The translations under genes were made by a program, and so were the position numbers. Source: the human T2T-CHM13v2.0 reference genome, Homo sapiens. From it: DNA of 64,000 nt. Below the pieces are notes generated by a model. That model was given only the letters and a program-made list of their open reading frames with translations. It did not search any database and was not told the DNA's origin. Within the stretch, counting starts at the first letter, position 1; every line of letters begins with the position of its first letter. The stretch is from assembly GCF_009914755.1 (NCBI RefSeq), contig NC_060926.1. One strand, 5' to 3'. Of the stretch, positions 54,730-64,000 are shown in pieces.

Positions 54730-55215
54730 AGAGGAATATGTGTGTTCATGAAAAGACATGCACAAGAATATTTATAGCAGAACCATTCTTAATAGCCAAA
54801 AGCCAGCAACCGCCCACGTGTGTATCAACAACATCGTGGATAAATAAATTTGTGGTTATAGTCATACAGCAATAAAAATGAATGATCTATAATTACACAC
54901 AATTATGCAAAAATCTTTCAAACATGATGAGCAAAAGGAGCTACATTGTTATTCCATCCTGTATATTTCTATTTATATGAAGTAAACTTTGGTGCTACAA
55001 TTCATAATAATGGTTAACTTGAGGGGAAGGGATAGATGGTACTGATTGGAGCTGGATACTAGGGGAGTATTCTAAGTTGCTCATAAGATTCTGTTTACTT
55101 ACCTGTGCCCTAGCTATAAGGGTCTGTTCACTCTAAGCAAATGTATTGTGTGGGTTGTACACAAATTATACACGTACTTTTCTGTATGTACACTATACTT
55201 CAATAAAAAGTTCAG
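54730..55215 (+). mobile_element. L1ME-like 3' fragment
   Basis: aaaagacatgcacaagaatatttatagcag...ttttctgtatgtacactatacttcaataaaaag. Confidence 0.7.
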
Positions 55216-55652
55216 TTAAGAAAATTCTGTCACATTGTGATACCTCTAAGAAAAATTACGTAAAATATATTAAATATGAAAATGAGAGATAACAACAGGG
55301 AAGGAGGGGTGGTGCCAAAGGAAGCTGAGAGAGAAGAAGAAAAAGATGAAAGGATGCTTTCATAAAAATAACTGCCTGTTTCCTGTTGTGAAGAGGTAAA
55401 CTGGGGATAAAATCTAAAAAAAAAAGTTTCTTCTCCAATGAGCAAAATGTATGTCAAAAATTAAACACAACCAAAAAAATAAATGACACTGAAGTCCCTG
55501 ACTAATCATGTAAAAAATAAAGTTAGTTCCCTGTCTTACCCCAGGTAATTTTCCAGAAATAACTTACCATTCCAATTTAGAGAGAGGTAAAATATAGAAC
55601 AGGATATAATAAAATATGAAAGAGGAAACTATTTTTTAAAACTAGAAAATAT

Positions 55653-55959
55653 GGCTGGGCACGGTGACTCACGCCTGTAATCCCAGTACCTTGGGAGGCT
55701 GAGGCGGGCGGATTTCTGGAGGTCAGGAATTCCAGACCAGCCTGACCAACATGGCAAAACCCTGTCTCTACTAAAAATACAAAAATTAGCTGGGCATGGT
55801 GGCACACGCCTATAGTCACAGCTACTCGGGAGGCTGAGGCAGGAGAATCACTTAAACACAAAAGGCGGAGGTTGAAGTGAGCTGAGAACATGCCACTGCA
55901 CTCCAGTCTGGGTGACAGAGTGAGACTCTGTCTCAAAAAAAAATTAATATTAAAAAATA
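55653..55959 (+). mobile_element. AluS
   Basis: Full Alu; TSD aaaactagaaaata at 55638-55651 and 55960-55973. Confidence 0.93.
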
Positions 55960-57144
55960 AAAACTAGAAAATACAATTTTGAAGCATGAATAGCAATTCT
56001 AAGCATGACATAAGTTTTTCAACTTGAAAAGTCAAAACTTTCTATGCATCCAAAAACCATTAAGTGAAAGTAAGAACATATAAAAAAAAACTGGAGGAAA
56101 TACTTGCAACTTATATGAAAGGCAGAGTCAATATACTTGATTTGCTAAGAATTCTTAAAAACCAATTAAAATCTTTTAACAGAAAGACAGACAAGAGACA
56201 CAGCAGGCATGTCACGAAAGAATACAAGTTAATAAAAAATAAATCAACTGCAATGCATATCAAAACAATGAGACATTTTACAATTATAAAACTGGCAAGG
56301 AGTTAACACAGAGATATTATGGGGTATATATACTAAAACTATACTGAGGGACAATTAACCAAGCTTAATCAAAACTCTTTATACTGTACATACCACCAGT
56401 GGCTCGATGTTGACTCTCAGCAGTCTTCCTAGAGAATCAGAAGCAGGTGGTTTTGTGGTACGAGAGATAGCAGCAACTCTAGGATCCAAAAGCCTAATAA
56501 GGCTGCTATTGGGTATAGCACAGATGAGTGGCAGGTGGCCAGAGTTCTCAAGACCTTTGATACAACAGGAGTTAGTTCCTAATGAGGTAAAAATAAAGAA
56601 AAATATTCATATCAAACTGACCCAGATGGACTAGTTGAAAAATGGCAATCACCTCTCCCATCTTCAATATAGTGTTTAGTATTATCTTAACCTAAAAAAC
56701 TCTTACCACAGCTTATTTTTCACAGTCAGACTCTCAGGGAAATCTGTATTCAAATTTGGCCAAACAACAGATTTCTTCTCTTTGTACAGTTTTGCTAAAT
56801 GAAAAATCTGGTGAGGGCCTGTTTCATTTTCCCATTTATAACACAGAGAATATAATCAGTATTTTGGAGAAAAATAGTTTTTCAGCAAAAAGAGATATTT
56901 TCCAGCTATGAAAAATAAGAACATTAAACTGTTTAAAACCAAAGCAAAAAAAAATAAGCAAACAAAAAACACCATTTCATATATATGTTCTAAGTTGAAC
57001 ACAGAATTTGGAGGGTTTTCTGATTTTCTTATTTGTGTGGTTGCCATACTGATTTGTTTTGTTTTGTTTCTTATACTTTTTCACTTGTAGAACAACCAGT
57101 GATTTAAATTACATGAGTACAGAACTAATATGTGCTTTCTCTGA

Positions 57145-57385
57145 CTCCTGGGTACAGACTCTGAAGTTGAACTGCCTGTGTTTAATTCCCAGTTCTTCTA
57201 TTATTAAGCTGCATGACTTTGAGAAAGTTACATATTATTATTTCTGTGCACTAGTTTTCACCTTTACAAAATTGGAAAACAAAGGCAATATGCCTACAAT
57301 GCTTTTATGAATATTAAATATCATCACATAAACACTTCAGTTATGTCCGGATGCAATAAAAGTGCTTAATAAATAGTATCTGTCA
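57145..57385 (+). mobile_element. MIR
   Basis: gactctgaagttgaactgcctgtgtttaattcccagttct...gctgcatgactttgagaaagttac. Confidence 0.7.
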
Positions 57386-57529
57386 TTATGTCTACATCTC
57401 CTAGCTATTTTCTCTACTACAGATAAAAATGATAGAGCATGATTTGTTAGCAATGACATTCCCCAAAACTCAGCAAACAAAAGCATATGTAAATAGCAAA
57501 ACCTAATAGTAAATAGAGGAATGATTGAG

Positions 57530-60500
57530 GAGTGGCATCAGCAAGATGTAGTAATAAAAAGCACCTCCTTCATCTCACAAAACATCAAATCAATAACAAT
57601 ATATGGGCTAATTCTGTTTATGAGAAATCCCAAAACCAGTTAAGAGGCACCTGCATCCCAGGAGAACACAAAGCCAGCCACATTGAAGCAAGTAGAAGAA
57701 TTTTTGTCACCCTCTCACCATAGTCCTTCTGCCTGACAGAGCACCATGTGATTGGAGGGAAACTACCAGTTTTGGATTCGATTCTCCCTGGTGAGAGAAA
57801 GAGAAGACTAGCCCATACATCCAATGTTCTGACTTCTCAGGGAGGTTTTTGTCTTGCCTGTCTTGGAGCACTGATAACATCAGACATACTCTAGATGCTT
57901 GGGGGCCACTGAGAACAGAAAAAGAACTGGGTGTATGCTGCTACTCCAGAGGAACCACAGTATCGCAGACAGAGGCCTCCCCCTCAAGGAGGAAAGAGAA
58001 AAGTGGAACACATGTCCAACAGTCCAGCTTTTTGAGGGGCTGCCCAAGGGGCTGGTTTCTTTCTTGAATTTCTGGTAATGCAGATGGGACCTAGCATACT
58101 CTAGATGCCAGGAGCCAACAAGAATATAAAAGATTTGAGCGGCATGTTGCTGCTCAGATAGGATGGTCTGACAGCAGGTCAGAGGGCCCACCATAGGATG
58201 GCAGACATCAGAGAAAGCAAAAGATTATGAACTTCTGAAAAAAGGAAACTAGCAAATTCTTCTAAACAGAAATCTACACATGCAAAGCCCAGAAAAGACA
58301 CATCCACAGAAAAACTTTGAGAGGCCTTCAGAATCTCTACTTGGGCCAATTGGTGAAAGTTTTTCTCTATTATAAAGCTAGTTTACAAAGAGTGAGAGAG
58401 GTGGTTTGTATTTTCAAATATCCAGACACCAACACAAATGGGGGGAAAAATGGCCCAATCAAAGGAACAAAATAAATCTCCAGAAATTGACCCTAAAGAT
58501 ACAGGTTATGAATTACCTAAAATATAATTCAAAAATAAACATCATAAATAAAGATGCTCAGTAAGCTCATGAAAATAGTGTATGAACAAATTAACAAAAC
58601 AGCAATAAGTTCTCCTCTATCAGTAATTACTTTAAATGTAAACGGATGAAATTCACCAATCAAAATACAAAGTGGCTGAATAGATTAAACTAAAAAGAAG
58701 ATCCGACTATGTGCCATCTATAAGAGACTCACTTTAAATGTAAGGCACAAATAACAAAAGAATGGAAAAAGATATTTGACGTAATCGGTAATCAAAACAA
58801 AACAGAAGTAGCCATACTTATACAGACAAAATAGACATTATGTCAAAAACTGTAACAAGAAGCAAAGAATATTACATAATGATAAAAGGTTCAATTTACC
58901 AGGAAGATATAATTATAAATATATATGCAACCAATATAGAGCACCTAAATACATAAAGCAAATATTGACAGAAGTGAAGGAAGAAATAGACACCAACAAT
59001 ATAAAGTAGGAAACTTCAAAAACCACTTTTAATAATGGATGGAATATCCAGACAGAAGATTAATAAAGAAACAGAGGACTTGAAGAACACTATAGACCTA
59101 AGAGACGTATACAGGACATTTCAAGCAACAGACACAGAATATGCATTCTTCTCTCCAGTATAGATCACATACTAGGTCACAAAACAAAACTTAACTAATT
59201 TATAAGATTGAAATCATATAGGTATCTCTTCTGATCACAATAGAATGCAACTGGAAATCAACTGCAGAAAGAAAACAAAAATTCACTAAACAACACATTC
59301 TTGAACAACCAATGGGCAAAATAAGAACATGAAAAGTGAAATTAGAAAACATTTTGAGACATATAAAAATGAAAACACAACATATTAAAAGTTATGGGAT
59401 GCAGCAAAAGCAATTCTGAAGGAAGTTTAAAGCAATAAATGCCTACGTTAAAAAAGAAGGATCTAAAGCAACCTAATTCTATACCTTAGGAAGTAGAAAT
59501 AGAAAAAAAAGCTAAACATAAAGTTAGCAGAGGGAAAGAAATAAATAATAAAACTTAGAGAGGAAATAAATGAAATTGAGAATAGAAAAACCATAGAAAA
59601 ATCAACAAAATTAATTGGCCTTTTGAAAAAATCAACAAAACCAACACACGTTACACTTGACTGAAGAAAAAAAGAGTGAAGACAAAAAAACTAAAATGGA
59701 CATCAAAGAGGAGACATTACAATTGATGCCACAGACAAAAAGAATTATGAGAGACTACCATGAACAATTATAAGCCAATTATAGATTATCCAAATTGGAT
59801 AGCCTAGAAAAAATGGATAAATTCCTAGAAACATATAGCCTATCAGAACTGGATCATAAAGAAACAGAAAAACCAAACAGACCTAAAAACCAGTAAAGAG
59901 ATTGAATCAGTAATCAAAAACCTCTCCAAAAAGAAAAACCCAGCACCAGAATGGCTTCAATGATAAAACCTACCAAACATTTAAATAATTAGTGGCAATT
60001 CTTTGCAAACTCTTCCAAAAAATGGAAGAGAAAGGAACACTTTGAAACCCGTTTTATGAAGCCAGCATTATTCCGATACCAAACCTAGAGAAAGACATCA
60101 CAAGAAAATAAAACTGTAAGTTAATATCCCTGATGATTTAGATGCAAAAATCCTCAAAAATATATGAGCAAACTAAATTCAACAGTGTATTAAAAGGATC
60201 ACACTATGACCAAGCGAGATTTATCCCTGGGATGCAAGGATGGCTCATCATATAAATATCAATCAATGTGATTCACCACATTAACAGAATAAAGGATAGA
60301 AATCACAGGATGATAGAAAGACATGTACAAAAAGTATTTGGCAAAAGTCAATATCCTTTCAGGATAAAGACTCCACGAACTAGGAACAAAAGGAAATCAT
60401 CATAACATAACAAGGTTATATACAACAAGTCCACAGTGAACATCATACTCAACAATGAAAAACTGATAGTTTTTCCTCCAAAATCAGGAAAAAAAGCACA

Positions 60501-62590
60501 GATACCCACTCCTGCCACTTTTATTCAACACAGTACTAGAAGTCCTACCCAGAGAAATTAAGCAAGAAAAAGAAATAAAAGGCATCCAAATTGGAAAGGA
60601 AGAAGGAAAATTATCCCTGTTCATGGATGCATGATCTTGTATGTAGAAAATCCTGAAGATTGCACACACACATACATACACACACACAAAAAAAAAACCT
60701 ATTAGATCTAATAGACAAATTCAGTAAAGTTCCAGGATACAAAAATCAACATACAAAACTAATTGTGTTTCTATGCACTAACAGTGGACAATCTGAAAAG
60801 GAAATTAGGAAAACAATCCCATTTACAAAAGGACCAAAAACAATAAAATCCTTAGGAAAAAATTTAACTGAGGGACCAAAAGACTTGTACACTAAAAACT
60901 ATAAGACATTAAAGAAGAAATTATAAAGGATAAAAATGAATGAAAACATATTCTATGTTCATGCATTGAAAGAGTTAAGATTATTAAAATGTCCATACAA
61001 CTGAAAGCCATCTACAGATTTAATACAATCTCTATCAAAATCTTAATGACAATTTTTACAGAAATAGAAAAAAATTCTAAAATACACATAAAGCCACAAA
61101 GACCCCAACTGGCCAAAATAACTTTGGGAAAGAACAAAGCTGAAGATATTATACTTCCTGATTTTAAAACAAATCGGCTGTATTACAAAGCTACAATAAT
61201 CAATAGAGTATGGTACTGCCATAAACACAGACATATAGGCCAATGGACTAAAATAGACAACCCCAAAATAACATTAGACATTTATGGTCAAGTGATCTTT
61301 GAGAAGGGTGCCAAGAATACATAAGGGGATAAAGATAGTGTGTTTAACAAGTTATGTTGAAAAAACTGGATATTTTCATGCAAAAGAATGAAATTGGACC
61401 TTTATCTAATACCATACCCAAAAATCAATGAAAAATTGATTAAACACAATACCTGAAACTATAAAATTCCTAGACAAAAACATAGATAAAAGGTTTCATG
61501 ACATTGGTTTTTGCCATGATTTGATGGATATGACCCTAAAAACACAGGCAACGAAAGCAAAAATTAAAAATGGGAATACATCAAACTAAAAAACTTCTGC
61601 CCAGCAAAGGAAACAAGAGAGTCAAAAGGCAGCCCACAGAATGGAAGACAATATTTGCAAATTATATATCTGATCAAGTATTCATACCCAAAATATATAA
61701 AGGATTACATATAAAGGATTCCTATAGCTCAACAGCAAGAAAATAAATGACCCAATTTTAAATGGACAAATGACTTAAATAGATATATATTCTAAGAAAA
61801 TTTCAAAACAGCTAACAGGTACATGAAAAAATACTCCTCACTAATTATCAGATAAATGCAAATCAAAGCAAAAATGAAATACCACCTCATAAGATGCTAA
61901 GATGACCATTATGTTTTTTAAAAATAACAGAAAATAACTAGTGTTAGCAAAGATGTAGACAAATTGGAACACTTATGCACTGTTGGTAGAAATGTAAAAT
62001 AGTGCAGCCAGGATGAAAACCAGTATAAAGATTCCTTAAAAATTAGAAATAGAGCTACCATATGATCCAGTCAGTTCACTTCTGGATATTTATCCAAAAC
62101 AATGAAATCAGGATACTGAAGAGATATTTGTATTCCCATATTCATTGCAGCATTTTTCACAATAAGCAAAAGGTGAAAATAACCTAATGAATGGATCAAA
62201 AAATGTAGGTGTATACATACAATGGAATATTATTCAGCCACTTAAAAAAGAAAATCCTGGCATATGCTACAACATGGATGAATCTTGGAGACATTATGCT
62301 GAGTGAAATAAGCCAGTCAGAGAGGAAAAATACTGCATGATTCTACTTATATGAGGCATCTGAAATAGTCAAACTCATCTTAGCAGAAAGTACAATGGTG
62401 GTTGCCAGGAGCTAGGAGGATGGGAAAATGAGGAGTTTCTTTTCAGTCATATAAAGTTTCAGTCATGCAAGATGAAAAACTTCTTAGAAAGCTATTGTAT
62501 AACAATGTGCTTACAGTAAACAACACACTTAAAATTTTAAGAGGGCAGATCTCAAGTTATATTTTTTTTGCCACAATAAAAAATAAATAC
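57530..62590 (+). mobile_element. Old L1 (L1MA8/9-like 3' end): 5' UTR, ORF1 mostly deleted, decayed ORF2, 3' UTR
   Basis: EN start (gtaattactttaaatgtaaacgga) at about 58620; RT motifs (gggatgcaaggatgg; MSIQLKAIYRFNTISIKI); 3' end gtttcagtcatgcaagatgaa...aagagggcagatctca with A-rich tail. Confidence 0.85.
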
Positions 62591-63842
62591 ATGAAGAAAA
62601 GAACTTTAACTTTACCAGGGATAGTAGGAAAATAAGAGAATAAAGAAAGAGAAAGGTAAGCCCCTTCTGAAAGGTGGCCTCAGGAAAATCTGGGACTCTC
62701 ATTCACACCCGGTGCCTTTGATCCTTTCTCTAAAAATGTTTTACACTGGGGAAAAAAATCCACAACATTGCGTTTAAGGCAACTACATACTGATTCATGT
62801 AGATACATATTATGTTCATACAGAACAAGCCTGACCCCCCAGCTTGAGTATCTTTTTTGTCTGATAACTTATGATCATCTGGTAACTTAAGAAAAAAGGA
62901 CATATGTAGATATATATAGACAGAGATGATACAGATAAAATATTTAATGAATGTGTAGAAGCTATTAGAGCATTTGTGTGTATGTTTCTTATAACTAAAG
63001 AAGAATAAAAAGAGAAAAAGATACATTTGTGTTATGTTCTATTTTTCCATTCTCTGTTCCAACAAGACAGTCTTTCTTCATTGAGGAGATTTTGCTGTCT
63101 CAGGAGAAGGAAGTGGAGGCCTTTCTCAGATCTTCCTGGGAAAGCTGAGGTGGAGAGGAGTTTGTTGGAGGAATTCAGAGGGTGACACAGCAAGAGAGTA
63201 AACATTCCACACGACTAGAAAGGAAGAAAGGTCTCTGTCCTGCTCCATTTGGGCATGGCAGGAAAGTGGCAGGACTTTTAGAATGGTTCCTTGGTGGAAG
63301 AGGAGACCCTTCTGGGCCTGAGCATAGAAACAGAAGAGCCACTTGCCTTTAAGTAACTCCAAGGGTTTGAATAAGTGGAAAGTCCTCAGTGACCATGGTG
63401 ACTCAGACACTCTCCTTCCATTTTCTGGGCACTTCGTAAACCTTCTGAATTTTTGTGCAAACTAGAGACATAGATAAGCACCTGCATTTAAAATTATGAG
63501 GTTCTAATTTCCCAGGTGGGTAAGGGACTCAGACTCATATTTTTTTTCTTTAATTGTGAAAATAACGTAATAGGCCATTTCTTCCATACCTCACATCGGG
63601 TAATAACATCTATAATCACAACACACAGGAAGCTATTCATGACATAATTATTTTATAAGTGAGAAAGATAGGTTATAAAACACTGTATGATATAAAAGTC
63701 AATTTTTGTAAAATAAAATAATATACTGAGTTCCTACAATAGGCCAGGCAATGAGCTGGTTGAGGCAGATTACAGAGGAGTGAGTTTCAGGGAAAAGGTT
63801 TTTCTGGAATATGTTTCTCCAGAACAATATATTATTCATTGC

Positions 63843-64000
63843 TGCTATAGACTGAATGTTTATGTCCCCCGCAAATTCACAGTGCAATCTAATTTTGAAT
63901 GCAATTATATTTGGAGGTGTTTCCTTTGGGAAGTGACTGGGTGATGAGGAGGAAGCCTTGTGAATGGGATTAGTCCCCCTACAAAAGAGAAGCCAGAGAC
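63843..64000 (+). mobile_element. MLT1A/MST-like LTR, truncated by window end
   Basis: tgctatagactgaatgtttatgtcccc...gaatgggattagt. Confidence 0.75.

Overview
Human-type (primate, Alu/L1-rich, AT-rich) genomic DNA containing the 5' end of COL5A2 (collagen V alpha-2) on the minus strand. Coding exon 1 is 10741-10837 (signal peptide [32 protein letters not shown], then a GTGAGT donor). Bases 1-10740 are intron 1, and a CpG-poor TATA promoter lies at about 10995-11140. The remaining ~53 kb is upstream non-coding DNA made of Alu, L1, L2, MIR, MaLR/ERVL LTR and hAT fossils; all other ORF-track entries look like repeat-derived or chance ORFs. Most notable: (1) a 5'-inverted L1PA carrying a complex templated insertion, namely a 478-bp apparently perfect inverted copy of 31605-32082 plus a 29-bp direct copy of 24701-24729; (2) a 48-nt collagen-type 5' stem-loop with a uORF around the COL5A2 start codon; (3) a higher-order minisatellite inside an MST LTR that creates six GATA motifs; (4) a dense TEAD/AP-1/CArG motif cluster about 30 kb upstream; (5) an old ~180-bp duplication near the promoter and several fold-back micro-palindromes. 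Repeat subfamily names and boundaries are by eye and approximate. I found no evidence for a new protein-coding system.
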